DNA of 64,000 bases. Source: Haplodiscus bocki (lineage: Eukaryota). The DNA lies in the NCBI GenBank assembly GCA_965655095.1, contig OZ296651.1, positions 53,258,001 to 53,322,000 on the forward strand. The letters are read 5' to 3'. The notes beneath the pieces were generated by a model, which had not been told where the DNA came from, searched no databases, and saw only the letters and a list, made by a program, of their open reading frames with translations. The first letter of the stretch is position 1. Each line of letters begins with the position of its first letter. Below are positions 1 to 13,100 of this stretch, piece after piece. The position numbers and the translations under genes are program-made.

Positions 1-1214
1 TGTGCCGACTGCATTTCATCCATCGACGTCTCAACTGCCAATTTTCTTGTTCAAATTTCAAATAAATGTAGAATTAACTGAGTTTCTATACACTTGTTAT
101 CAGTAGTATTAGTAGTACCGTGGGCCTTTAAAGAATCAGTCATTTTTAGTCGATTTTTTTTCACTAGCATTCCGTTGGCACTTCGCCCAGCTTCGCCTCT
201 GTGTTGAAAATGGTAACCATTCGTCGCGTCTAAATTTTGTTGATTCCCAAAGTGTCGAAAATTGCAAACTATTCAAAGCTTCGAAATTGACCAGTATACC
301 ATTGCCTGCTCCAAATTTTTTTGACGCTTTGAATAGTCTAGTTTTTCGACGCGATGACTAGATTTTCTAAATTCTATTTTTTTACTATTCTAAATTCAGC
401 GCTTAATGCCTTGCACTCTCGGTGTCTGTTTTGAAAAATCATTGGATTTTTTTCAATATGGGAGAACGTAGAATGCTCATAAAAAAGTATATATGTTCGA
501 ATAACGCAATTTTTTTTTCAAAAAACAAATTTTTGACAAAGTTTGGAGGCAGAAAGTTTCCAGATGGTAGTCGGGCGTCTTGATGCATTCCAAATTTGAA
601 TTGATGTTGCAGGCTCTAAACGAAAGGCGTGAACAAATGGGAGATAGTCCTGAGGATGACAATTCAACAGTTGTGGGCGACGGATCCGAAAGAAGTGACT
701 AGTTGAATTGAGTGCACCATATAATTAATCCAAATAAGAGAAAAAACTGCGATTACTTGTTGAACAAGTTATAACTCTGAAGTGCAGTTCGAAGCCAAGT
801 GTTTTCTGAAAAGATGATCGTTTGAATCCCACAAATGTGTACGAGTAAGAATGCTTTGTGGGTTGTGCAAAGACTTACTATGGGATAGGTCGAAACAACT
901 TACTAATACATAAATAGTAAATAGTTGCATCTTTGCCTGTAAAAACTCTACAAGCTTTTTCCGCTCAATGTTTGAGTCGTTGGTTCCATATCTGTAAATT
1001 TCGATTTCGGTTTGTACATTTTCTTAGTTTCTGCGGAATGTTAGTTTATTTATGCCCATCAATATTTCTACTGTTGCACAATTCAAGTTCACTTTCTCCG
1101 TTTTCGCATGCTGAGAAGTTGTGAGATGAGCTGAGCATAAAATTATATGTTCTCAAATGATAGCTTCGTAGAATCGCTTTGGTTTTGGTCGGCGCTCAAG
1201 TAATTTTCGATTGC

Positions 1215-1322
1215 AGTACTTAGTTCCAAAAAAATGGTACTTAGTTTCTCGGAAAATACATTATCTAGTCTCTCCAAGAATAATACTTATTTTCTCGAAT
1301 AATAGAGTACTTAGTTTTTCCA
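1215..1322. repeat. Short degenerate tandem repeat (GTACTTAGTTT-like unit, ~5 copies)
   Basis: gtacttagttcc / gtacttagtttctcgg / atacttattttctcg / gtacttagtttttcc recur at ~20-30 bp spacing. Confidence 0.55.
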
Positions 1323-1480
1323 AGATCGCTGAGCTTACCCTGTGTGCCTCACTACAGCTATAGATCACCTCCGAATTAGACCACGGGACAGAATTACAAC
1401 AATTTTTCAATTGAAGTGTCTTAGATCAATGCGTATGGAAAAACGCATACTGACATCATGACGCCATCATAACAAGTTTT

Positions 1481-1695
1481 CATGACAAGAAAATGCTTCT
1501 CAAGTTGAAGAACAGAGTTTGAACAATTATCAGACCTGTATTGTTGCGCGGAGCTCAATTTTGGGCTCCAAACCTCTTAGACATGAAGAAGCTCAAAGTG
1601 GCAGAAATGAAAATGCTTCGCTGGTGCAAGGGAAAATGAAATTGGAAGTGTTCCCCGACGATGAATTTCGTTACAGAATGAAAGTTCACAGTATT
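1481..1695 (+). mobile_element. RTE-clade non-LTR retrotransposon fragment (C-terminal RT region), degenerate
   Basis: Translation from 1481 gives HDKKMLLKLKNRV*TIIRPVLLRGAQFWAPNLLDMKKLKVAEMKMLRWCKG. This matches the RTE signature [28 protein letters not shown]...LEVAEMRMLRWMCG; stops and a frameshift are present. Confidence 0.85.
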
Positions 1696-1759
1696 AATGA
1701 AGGATGCAGAGAGTTTTTTTTCATTCAACTACATTTGATCTATTACCAAGGTTTTTCGG

Positions 1760-2810
1760 ACAGGAAAATAGCAAAAAAATGTGTTACTGATTGTCCCTGA
1801 CACTGTATGACGTTCAAAAGAGTCCATGTCTTGTTATTTCTGGCTCTGCTAAACGAAAGGTTTCTCTTATAACGAAAGTATGGAGACATTTCTTTCAGTA
1901 AACCAAACTCTTGGCGCAAAACATTTTCAAGCACGAAAGTGTTTTCCTTCAAAAAATTTGAGCCCTGTGGGTGGCGCAAAATTTGGCCGATCCCAATTGG
2001 CTACAGTTTTAACGTTTTCATTTAATAAACATCCATTTCTTAATTAACGACGATTTTGATACCTGTAATTTTTCAGGCTAATGGAATACTTGATAAGCGA
2101 ATGATACTTCAGTCCTCTTGAGCTCAAGTTTTTTTTGAAAGTCTGGCATTTGAATTTAAGATGATCGTTAAATAATATATAATTGACATTATCTCAGTTT
2201 TTCTCGACTACTACTTGCCCTTTCATAGAGTAATTATAACAAACAATTATCTTCAGGTTCCTGACTCATTCAGAATTGGACAACACTTCTCTCGACACCG
2301 CCCTTCATTCAGCTTTAATATTTCTAGCATCACATGCCAATTTGGTTCTCATGGTGTGTACTGTAACCTTTAGTCTCACAGGCTCACTGTTTGTCAAAAG
2401 CGAATTCTCTTGTTAGTTCTCATCGATACCGGCAACTTATCTTGATATACATGACGTAATTCCTTCATAGTTGTACACCGCAGGTGCTTGCTCTAAGGTT
2501 ATGTACTTGAAGATTTGTCGAAGAAGATCTTGACTCTATGTTTAGATGACTAATGAGCTGATCGGATGATAAAATGACAAAATGACGTCACAAGCTTTGA
2601 TGTTGGTTTTCTGCGGATATCTGAAAGATGCAAATTCATGGAAACGTTTGATCAAACAGAATGTGTGTGTACAAAGACCCGAATATTCAACAGCCCGGTC
2701 AAGTTAAAATTTTCATTGACTTTATTGAGCTTTGCACTGCAGTTCTGTTGCAACTATTCAACTTATCACTGACAACTTGGTTGATTTAGAGACAATATGG
2801 TTCATAAATT
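1760..2810 (-). mobile_element. Possible Mutator/MULE transposase remnant (FLYWCH-like N-terminus)
   Basis: The minus strand gives frameshifted NCSAKL...HTHS (FLYWCH-like) near 2670-2750 and ENTFVLENVLRQE (HPNIFxxIxxLKxEQ-like) near 1910-1950. Very decayed. Confidence 0.3.
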
Positions 2811-4999
2811 GGTAGAACCTATACTAAGGAGTTAGAAATTTACGGCCTTGTTAAAAAGAATCTTTACCATATATGCCTACACTTTGGCTTCTGAAAATTA
2901 CATGGAAAACGAATTGAAAGAAGGTAAATTGTTTTCGACTGATTCTTCAATTCATTTGTTGATAATTTGTATTGAGTTGCTCTCGAGTTTTAATTCAGTT
3001 GTCAACATTCTCTTATTCTGCCGTGGAAACACCAGCTTATTTAAGCGTTTCATTAAGCGAGCGAAGCCTATTGAGATACTTCATGGGAAGTTCTGCATCG
3101 CAAATCGGGTTTTTAGACGAGCTAAGCGAATCTTACTGAGGCGCTACCAAGGGATTATCTAAATGTTGACTTTCTTGTCCTAGATTTGCGACTATCATAA
3201 CTTCCAGTTTTCTTCAACTTTGACGCCCAAGTACTTACCTATTGATCCAGTTGCTCTGATTTTCTGAAAGAAATTCGGGAAGGTCATGAAAAACTTTGTC
3301 CAAAGACTTCGGTTGTTGAAAAATTTTCGTTGGTGAAAAATTTGCGGAAGCAAGCTGATAACAGCCAGTGCGTCTATAAACTTTGGCAGTCAATTACTTG
3401 TCAGCTGAAGTCAAATGAAGCTACTTAAAGTACAAAGAGTCGCCCAAAGTTGTTATTCACCATGCCCAGAAGTTTCGGTAGTCAAAAATTTATGGCCGCC
3501 GAAAAACAAGCGCAAATAAATGGAAAATATTGTTTCTATTGTAACTCCATTTTAACGTCTCTTATTGCTGGGTGGTCTCGAAAAGTCATCTAAGCGTTCC
3601 AACGTCAAGAAGGAATTAATTGTTCCAAAAATTTCAGATATATTCCGCCGGACATTTGGCGTAAACTTTTTCTAGGAAAACAGAATTGTCAGCTTTACCA
3701 TTTTTTTCATCAGGATTAAGGCCTCCAATTACGTTGGTTGACTTGCGTCATTCGTTATATGATCAACATAGGACCACTAGATCAAATAGAAAGTGATAAA
3801 GTTTTTTTGCTGTTCTTTTCGATGGTGTTCTAGAAGATTTTGCTCGAAAAAAGTCGAAAAACAATTTTCTGCATTTTCGTCAAGGTCCTGGCCTTCAAGT
3901 ACCTAACCCTAAAAAATACCTCATTCATTGAGTCCTGGCGGACTAGTTAGTCACAATGGAGGTCAAGGAAAAATAACCGATTTTTAATTGCTACGTCTGT
4001 GGCGGACAAAAAATCTATAAATGGACCTTTCATCTTTTACCTTCTTTCCTCACAAAATGACAAAACATGTGAACTGAAAAGTTCTTGAACAGTTGGAATC
4101 TTCTAGATTAAAGCAGTTTCGGGCAGTAAAACCCGAAAACGTTCCAGCGCATAGCCTACGTGTGAGGGTACCAGAGTGAGATTTAGCTGAAATTTCAGTG
4201 GCAAAAATCAGAACTTTCGTTTTCAATGCGGAAGAGTTAGTTTTCCATCTCCGATCTCTTTTTGTTTTGCTATCAAAAGTAATGACTACCGCACAGAAGA
4301 AAAACAATTGTTGTGGTGAAGTGTGTTGGTTGTGGGGAAAACTGCAAATCCTCCACTTGCGTTTTTGTACAATAGGTATCAAAAAAGCTGAGTTTTCTCC
4401 AACTAGTTTGATTATCAAGCGCCAGAATTTAGCAAAAAACTGCTTCCAATAAAACTCCGGAAATTGCGCAACCAAAAGGTATCGTGTAGTGTTTAAGAGC
4501 CGTGTGCAAAGTACCGTTCGCTTACGTTTTGTTCTCCCTTAACTTCCTTCGAGAAAATTTTTTCGAGAGGAAGTTCTTCACTTCAGTAGTCGGAGTTTTT
4601 TTTCCATTTCCTGACTTTGCCCATGACGCGCAGAATCAACTGCAGAGCAGTCCTTGTCCTGTGTAACACATCTGTGGGGGATCACTGCAGTGAAAACGAC
4701 AGAGAACGCGCGTCCGAGTCTCGCTGTTGGTCTTTTTTTTAAATAACTTCATATACTCGTTAACACAATCCGAACTTTCAATAGTAAAAAAACAGTTATT
4801 CATCGACAAAATGTAGGGTTTATTAACAAGTGGGCTTCTTTTTCTCAAAAGTTACCCGTTCTCCAAAGTAAAAGGAACTATCCTTTTTTGACGGTTTTCT
4901 GGAAAAATGGAAAGAGAACTGCTCTTCCAAAATTATCAAAAATTTCAAAGTGTACAATTCTGTGGAACAACTTTTTTTAGAGATGCTAATAAGTGAAGG

Positions 5000-7900
5000 A
5001 ATTCTGTTAGTTCTCAGGTACTAGTATCCTAGTTTTTCTGGGGTCAAAGAACACGATTTTGCTTGGAGAGTACTTCTACTGGAATACGTCGATCTCTGAT
5101 CCCCACTTTGAGGTAATGAAAAAATGCGGAATTAGCATTGAATTTCCTTGAAGTTGCAACCCACTTGCACAAAAAAACAAGGTTCAATTCTCTTATTTAT
5201 GTGGCAATCGGAATTCTTTTAGTTGTACAGTAGTTTTTAGGAAAATTGGTCGTTTTGTGCCTTGCGTCAAAATCTTGATGGCACAAAATTTCGAAAAAGT
5301 GTTGGGAAAACTGATGTTACTCGAGATTCAAACTCACTTTGTTAATCAACTACAAGTTTGAATTCGTCCATCAGGGTGTAAATTGAAACTTTCAAACTTG
5401 TAGAGAAGTTTTTTATATGCGAGATCTTTGTTTCGATACTTGTGTCAATATCCTGGCCGTCTGAATCTCCAGAAAAAAAATAAATATAATATTTTCTGGA
5501 ATTACAAATACATTTTATAAGAAACTTGGTTTAATTTGTTCCATCAAGGTATCATTCGAAAGTTTTAGACCCCTGGGAGGAAAATTGACCTGGAAGTCAT
5601 TTACTGTGTTCCTTGGATAAGAATTCTGATAGTCCCAAGCTTCTAAAATGAGCTATTTTTTTCGACTCATCATGAGATACGAATTTTTTCTCTGAAACTT
5701 CCAGCTCCATTTCTTTTGTCAATGTCCCAAATCAGAGAGTTTTAGTTGTAGCGGACTTTTGATTGAAATTTTTCAGTAACTGGCTTTGTTCTTTGCGTTG
5801 GAGTTTTAAAAGCTCTAAAATGCCAGACAACTGCTGTTAGTTTTGACATTCTTTCTGTATTCTAAATCAAATTTCTCCATATTAATTGACTTCATTTCTT
5901 GTTTCATGTTCTGAATCTGAACCTTTTCTTCTTTGGTTGACTGCTTGGTGTCTTTGTTTTTGAATTTGTGTTTTTTTGCGTCGGAATGTTGATAGATCGA
6001 GAATCCCAAAGTGCTTTTAAAATTGCTGAACTTCTTTTTTCGTACTCAGATTTCTCCATAACTCTCTATTGAAAAATTTTTCTTGGTCGGTTCAAAAAAC
6101 TGTGAATCCCATTTTTGCAATGTAATCGTGGTAGCTCAAAAACGCCAGAAAAATTATAAATAAGACTCGTCTCAATTTTGAAACTCGTCCAAAATTACAG
6201 ATTTGATTTTTTTCTTCAAGGTCTCAATCTTAAGGGTCGTTTTCTTTGACGTATCTAAACAAAAATCAAAATTGTTTTTTTGTGTAATAGAATGCTGATG
6301 GACCAGAAAAAAATAAAGTTCTGTCAGTCTTGACATGCCTCGATATGTAAAATCATATTCCTTCAGCTCTACCTGCTTCAATATGCCGTCAAAGTATCAG
6401 TCAATAGCTTCTTACTTGAGGAGGACGATTCAATTTCAAAAGTCATCTATTTTTCCTATTCATCGCAATTTGAGTGCTGATGGAGGAATAGCGGCAAAAG
6501 TGCCAATAATATTGAATTATCTCGATAATCCAACTCGTTTTTCTCGAAAACTATAGATTTGAATTCTTCTATCAATGTCTGAATTAACGGTAATATACTT
6601 TCAAATTTTTTTTCGACGAAACATTCGTTGATTTTGTCCTTTAGATTGGAAAGTTCATAAGCTCAACATGCGAAAAATTCCAACTATTAATCCCATTTCG
6701 TCGATTTCGAAGCCTATAATTCTCTAATGATATCGGCTTGAAATCTACAGACAAAGTTTCCATCAAGATGTCTTTTGTCATTATTGGGTTACCTGTAGAA
6801 GTGATTGGCTTTGATATTGCCAAAACATTTTGCGCCACACGGAAAACATCAGAGTTCGACAGCGCCTCTTGTAGGGTTTCAACTGAAATGAGAATGCCAT
6901 ATAGTCGACGTTCTTCATAGGGTTTAGAATGCAGGGAATATCATCCTCCGATCAAATGATACTTCCAAATACTTTCGGGGCTTGATTCAATTTGCATCAG
7001 CTTACATGTTGCAACAATTTTTTCAATGGGTTTGCCTTAAAGGAGTGGATGGCTAAAAACGGTATTCCCACACAGAGTTTTCCATTGTACAATAATATGT
7101 TGGTTTTAAAGTTCTCTCAGTTTCGCTTCAACGGGTGGAAAAACAAAATTCTTCTGATGAACGTTTTATTGGCAGTTTTTTTATTGGAACCACAAGCGCA
7201 ACGTGGCGAACTTCCGACTACTTCTGGATCTAAGAAGATTTTCCAAAACAATTCACCGTCAAGGTTTTTCTGCGACGAATCTTTGTGAATAATTGCGTTT
7301 GTACCTCGGTTGTTGACACTTATGCCCTAAAACTACTTCTTTCTGCTTCCTGGACCCTGGGATTTACGTAAAATGCATGCTACTTGAGTTCCTGGTGGAC
7401 AGTTTTCTTGATTTTTCTTTTTCCACAAAACTGTTTGCTTCACACTGAAACGCAGTGTCTGATCATCTATCTCCGAATTGTTTGGGATAACTTTTTCCTC
7501 AGATCATACAGGGTCATGAGAGGAATAAAAAAGAGCGAAGTTTTCTTCTCCGCTTGACATCAATTCCAGCGATTTTATTTCCGATACCTGAATGCAGCAC
7601 AAAAGACCATGATGGTTTCTGCTCGCCGAAACAAGGTGAAAGACCTAAGTTTTTACTAAGTGAATGGTATTTTTTTTATTCGCGTAGATCCACAGCTCAT
7701 GAAGTTGCATTGAAGGGGTCTAACGATTTGTATTTTGTCCCGGGGACCATCGCCAGGTGCAGAAAGTTTTTAGAGCGGAAGGTTCGCTCAGAGTCTGGGA
7801 TTATCTGTCGCAAGATGTTGCCTTGGAGTAAAATTGCTTACGTGTTTAGGAGCCTACAATGGTTTCGAGTGATATTATTTGGAAATTTTTGCACTACAAT

Positions 7901-9600
7901 TCATATGTGGTCCTCATACCGAAAAAAACGTCTGGAATGTCATCAATATCTTTTTTCCGTACCTTCTTTTTTTCTGTAACTTTACTCTGATGGAGACGCT
8001 TCAATGAAATATCAACAAGGATTGTCGTTTTGAGAGAGCTTTCAACGTTGTAAAATCTGAAACTCGTGAGCAACGCTAGTTGCGCCTATACTTTTTCTTT
8101 CTTCATCTCCGATATTTTTGACAAGATCTGAGCGTTCCGCGATCTTGAAGAGTTATGCTTCACAGCGTATTTTTCTGAACTTTCTTGCTTTTTGGACAAC
8201 TTGCTTGTAGGGTGGTTTCTGAGCTTCTCCCAACTTTTCGGTATCCGAAAAAATTCCGCCGAAAAGTTGTTGAGTAATATGAGTTGAAAAAGACCAAAAA
8301 CTTCAGGACAAAATGTTGAGTTTCTTTGGCGTCAAAGCCGTATGATTACAACAGAAGTCTTTGGTAATAAATTTAGTTCATATTCGTTGTTTATTTATGC
8401 CACAGAAGTTTTGAAACAATTAGAACTTCTTGCTGGAGTTTCGGCGCAAAAAAACTCCAAAAGTGTGAAAATTTTCCCTCATTGCTACCACTTTCAAGCA
8501 CTACTATCACTTTGGTTGATATTAATTATTTGTTTAAAGATGCCAGAAGACAAGTAGACTTTCCACTGAGTTAGAGTGTTTTTGACGTTTCCCTGCTTTG
8601 CCATTGTTTCAGTGGAAAACCTCGGTCTTTTATCACTGTGGAGGCATGCAAATGGCTTCGACTGTATAATGAACTGGTTGGTAGAGTCTTAGCCGTCCAT
8701 TGCGCACTAGCGTGAGTCAAACAAAGATTATGCCACTCTTTTATTAACATTGACTGCCAGAAAGGTACAAAACAATCTAGATAATTTTTCAAAATTTTTT
8801 CTATTGATTGTGGTTTCTGTTTGGAAAGGCCTGATTTTTGAACGTACAATTAAATGCTGTATCAAACAGGTTCACTAAAGTGCCTATATTGGAAGGGTAG
8901 ATCTTTAATGCTGATGAAAAACTTGTCGTTCTGCCCGAATTTGAGTAAAATCGAGGGAAATTTTTTTGTTTGTGGATAAATTCGTCTTTTCGCTTGGCTT
9001 CCTGTTGTTTTTTGTGGGTCATGTGTCCTTCTGATAAAAATTTGAAGCGCAACCTTCGCTAAGGAGCGGGTTTTTTGGAGAATGTATTCTATCTTTTTGC
9101 CAAATGGTTGCAGAAACTGCTAGGATGGCCTAATATTTTGCCAAGATTGCAATTCATTGTAGGCGCCAAATTTAAGATTCGAATCATTTACGTGCAGTAT
9201 TCTTCTCTGAAGTTATCTTTTGCGTGAATTTGGCCATTAACCACTCAATTTGGCTCCGATTTCGCCAAGTGGCAGCGCGCAAAAGCTTTGAATTGATATA
9301 CTCTTTCCTGACGGGGAATGTTTTTGACGTCAAGTTACTCTTGCTAACTTGTAAAAAATCATGAAGTCACTGGAATTGCTTCCCAGAGTGTTTTCGGGCA
9401 AGCTGACTGAGCAATTTTTTTCCGGAATAAATTTTGTTTTTGGCGTTAACCAATGCTGAGTTTCAACTGTTAATTCCAAAATCATGTTTTTTTAAAGTAA
9501 AAGGGACGAAAACGAAGTCCCTGTTCTGATGAAAAAACCTATAGGACAAAGTTCCAAAAAAATCAACACCCATTGTTCGCAAAGTAGTTTTCATGATCCA
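5000..9600 (-). mobile_element. Probable Polinton/Maverick (adintovirus-like) remnant, including a decayed A32/FtsK-like packaging ATPase at ~8400-9000
   Basis: The minus-strand frames 8801-9052 (NSGRTT, Walker-A-like) and 8571-8849 (…KEWHNLC…, resembling the GRH…KHNLF motif) lie in the expected order. The surrounding DNA is coding-like but broken. Confidence 0.35.
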
Positions 9601-9620
9601 ACTGGAGCCCTGTGAAAATT

Positions 9621-10085
9621 TCTTGTACTAACAAGGAAAACTTGCTCCAACGTTTTTCAGCCTAACCCTTACTAGTTTTTTCAAGTTCATTTTTCTCAAT
9701 CAAAACTACTGTTTTCGATTACTCTCCAGTAAATGAATAACTTGAAAGTCTCAAAATTTTAGTACAACTGACGGACAAATATCGACAACCGAGAAAGTAC
9801 TAAATTCATCTGACAAGGTCCAACAGAAGTCTTGAAAGGAACAATAATGCATTATCAATGTATGGTTGTCTACAAAGATGGAGAACCAATAATTGGAGGG
9901 ACAATAGCAGGTAATTTTAGAGGGCATGTTTTTGTAAGTTCAACGAAATTAGGAAATAGGAAAATCTATGTCCCTCACTGGAAATATAAACGATATCAGG
10001 TCGGTTCCAAGGCGCACACATTACCACTAAGTCAATCTGGGCCGGTTGGACCGGAACGAAAGTACGAAAATCTTCAAAAGCAACA
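9621..10085 (-). mobile_element. 3' LTR-like unit (~465 bp) directly downstream of BEL/Pao pol
   Basis: On the minus strand it begins TGTTGC right after a PPT-like GGGCTCGAATTA, ~110 bp past the pol stop, and ends ...GTACAAGA (decayed ...ACA). It aligns by eye over ~380 bp with 18230-18705. Confidence 0.6.
9970..10042 (-). other. tRNA-derived (Pol III A/B-box-like) segment inside the LTR; not a functional tRNA
   Basis: Minus strand: GCCCAGATTGACTTAGTGGTAATGTGTGCGCCTTGGAACCGACCTGATATCGTTTATATTTCCAGTGAGGGAC. The A box TGACTTAGTGG is good, the B box is decayed, and it is homologous to 18591-18662. Confidence 0.5.
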
Positions 10086-10194
10086 TAATTCGAGCCCAAA
10101 AGAATGCAAAAACTGTAGAAAGCAAAGACTGCGTGACGTTAAGATTATTTCAGAAACTCACAGAGACTAGAAATAAACCACATGAAGTGTTTCA

Positions 10195-13100
10195 GTCGGA
10201 TAAAAGAAACGGGGCGAGTTTTAGAAGCGGAAGGACAAGAATTCCGGACCATGTTTTCCATTCAGCTGAACCCACGACGGCGTCATTGCCGAAGTGTCAT
10301 TTCATGATTCGTGCTAGAAATTAAAGTCCTCCACGAACGGTTGAGTCTACAATCCAAACAAGACGGCTGGTTTTCGAGTCTCGTTCTCTGTAGTTGACCA
10401 CTATGATGGACGAATCATAATGAGAATGTACTCCTTCATTTATCTGGTCCAAATTGCACAGGAGTAGGCCTCTACGTGGACGTATTGTTTCACGTGATCG
10501 CAGACGCTTAGAAAGTGAAACGGTGAACTTGAACTCGATGATCCGAGAAGAAAAACGTTTGGAGTCAATGCCTGGAAGTCAGTTATACCTGAGCCTACTG
10601 GAACTAACGGACGAGAATTGAGGTTCTGCTCAACTCAACAAAAAGTTGTGTTGGGTGTTTCGTCAGTTTGGCGTCTGTTTTAAAAGATAGCGCAGAAATC
10701 ATGCTTCGAACTTCTCATAAAACTTCCTCGCGACCCACTATGATGTGGCGAACTGAGGGGGTTAATTTTCCAGAACATACACTTTTTTTACGTGAAGTGT
10801 CAACCCTAACATCTGGATCCGGCTTCGAATGTTTTAGAAAGCTGTTTTACTGGAAAAGGACATAGTCCTGTTGTTAGACCAAAAGACTGATGGAACGCCA
10901 CGATGTGAAGCAAATCTCTCAATCCCTATGACGCAAATTTCAGTGACCATTGATGGCAATACTTCAAAATGATCTGCACGGGGGTTTGACAGGTGAGATA
11001 AGTTTCCACCGCTTCTCAGTACACCGCTTGACGTCACGTAAAATGTTCCTCGGTTGTCAACTCCGGTGTTTGTGAATGGAGAACGGAATACTGAACGTTC
11101 ACGTGGAAGGTCTGCCATATATGGATTGACAACTTGAGATTCACGGTGACGTCACAAAACGCAATTAAGCAGAATGGATCTCCAAGTTGTTCAGAGTCAA
11201 ATATTCAGATGCTTTTGCTATATCAAGGCTCAGATATTCAACGCCTTGATGACAATATCTGTCGCGAAGTTGCCCAAGGTCAACCGACCAGCACGCTAAT
11301 TGCTGTCCGACAAGCCGGGTTGTTCTACATCAAGGTTTTTTCTCAAACTGCTTAGTTTTACGCATTTCACAAATGGAACCGCTGAGTCTTTTGGTCTATT
11401 GAAGATGGAAAAGTTAGGTACTTTTGAACACCTGCTGCTGAAGAGTTTCTCAAGAAGCATTGTTTCTCTGCGTTGAAGGGCCGATGTTGTATCTGAAAAA
11501 AAGTTTCTGCCTCTGTTCTACGATAAGTTCTTTCTTATCGGTGATTGACGCATTTGTTGTTCGGTTACCACTAATTTTTGGCAAGCCACACAAAATATGC
11601 ACCCCAGTGTGCAATAATTTTTCATATGAACTAGATTTTTGCCACTCGAAAAATAATACAGAAATGGTGACGACCACCGCGAACGCTTAAGCGTGGCAAT
11701 GTGTCCAACTTGGTTTGGTTTCCGGAGCTAGCTTGGTCAATTGATTCTTGCTTGAAACAATTCCAGGTGGTTTAACAGGCCAACTGGTTGATCCGAGAAA
11801 GTCGGGACCTTTCAACTAACTGTTTTGCAGAAGAGCACTAGCTGCAATACCACGTGTAGACGCGTTGGCCGGACTGTCAGTGGGTTGAACATGGTCGCGT
11901 TCATCTATTGTTTAAAAGTCAAGAAATTCAGCGACGTTGCTTGCGAAAAACGGGTTGTTCGTTATTAGAGTTTAGCCACTGATTGATGCTTGTGCTGTCG
12001 CTCCACAAAAAAGTGCTGTGAAAGTGCATCATAGAAGTGCCATGAGCTTCAACTCCAGGACTTGAAACCAGCATAACGGCTTGCAACTCCAGCTTTAAAA
12101 TTGCCAACGCTTCTATACGTTCAACACGTGCGTTGCTTAATACAAAGTGACGGTGGTTTAATCTGCTTCGAATATACTGCGGAGAGAAGCAACTGCACTG
12201 GAGACATTATGAGAGCGGTTGCCACATATTTGCTACACTAAACGGTGAATTTTTTGTCAAAGGAAGCTCAATCGGGTGACTATTGAATTCAGTGAAAGCA
12301 ACTCTTTGCTCCATTTGGAGAACCGTTGGACAAAATCATCGGGTTTTTCAGCGTCCTACTGCTGGCCACCGAGATTCCAGTTTTTTCTCACCAGTAAACG
12401 AAGATTCTACTGCATGGCTCTCTCTTCAAGGCCAACGGGGTCGAATAGGGCGGCACCAAACTCAGCAATGTTCGTTGCGTTTTCAACGTTTTAGGTTCAG
12501 CATTTGGTTTTCGACTTATGATTGAAGCGTTTTAGCAGCGACTGCACTTCAGACTCAAAACATGCGCAACGTCGTCACCGCTGATAAGTACTCTAACTAC
12601 TTTGACTTCCCTGTTTCTGTTGAAGTAGGTGACGGCTGACATTCTGTATCAAACCAAAATTACCTAAACGTAATATTCCGACGCAATGCTGGGCTTTTTG
12701 ATTTACTCTCTGAATATTTCCACAGGACTTTAAAAGACCGTCGATGTAATTTTTTTGTAGATGCTGCGAGCAACTTCGGGAACTTGTGCTGGATTTTCTG
12801 AGGCAACTCTCTGCAGCGCGTAGTTAGCGCATGTCGACGAATCTTTTGCGGCAAAAAATTGTCGAGTGTTTTCAGATGATGATACGTATAGTGCTGGGTC
12901 TTCCCACCACAAGAAACAAAGACACAGGTGGTCCATCGAAAAAACTCCGACTTGTGGGAACCTTCCCTCGGTGACCGTGAAGAGCGCGTATTGATGCTGC
13001 CGAAATTGATGAAGAACATGATTTTGATTTTGTAGTAACTATGGCCCTCTCAAAAGAACGGAATTCAACGAAAGCCATAGAACTTACGTACGCCGTTATA

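Noticed and set aside
477-662. Minus ORF with NINS…ETFCLQ resembling a LINE endonuclease start
   Set aside because: The similarity is superficial. 420-582 instead resembles the non-coding dispersed repeat at ~23080-23410, and no further APE motifs follow.
9832-10170. 112-aa plus-strand ORF
   Set aside because: It lies antisense across the LTR-like unit and is not open in the second copy, so it is a chance frame.
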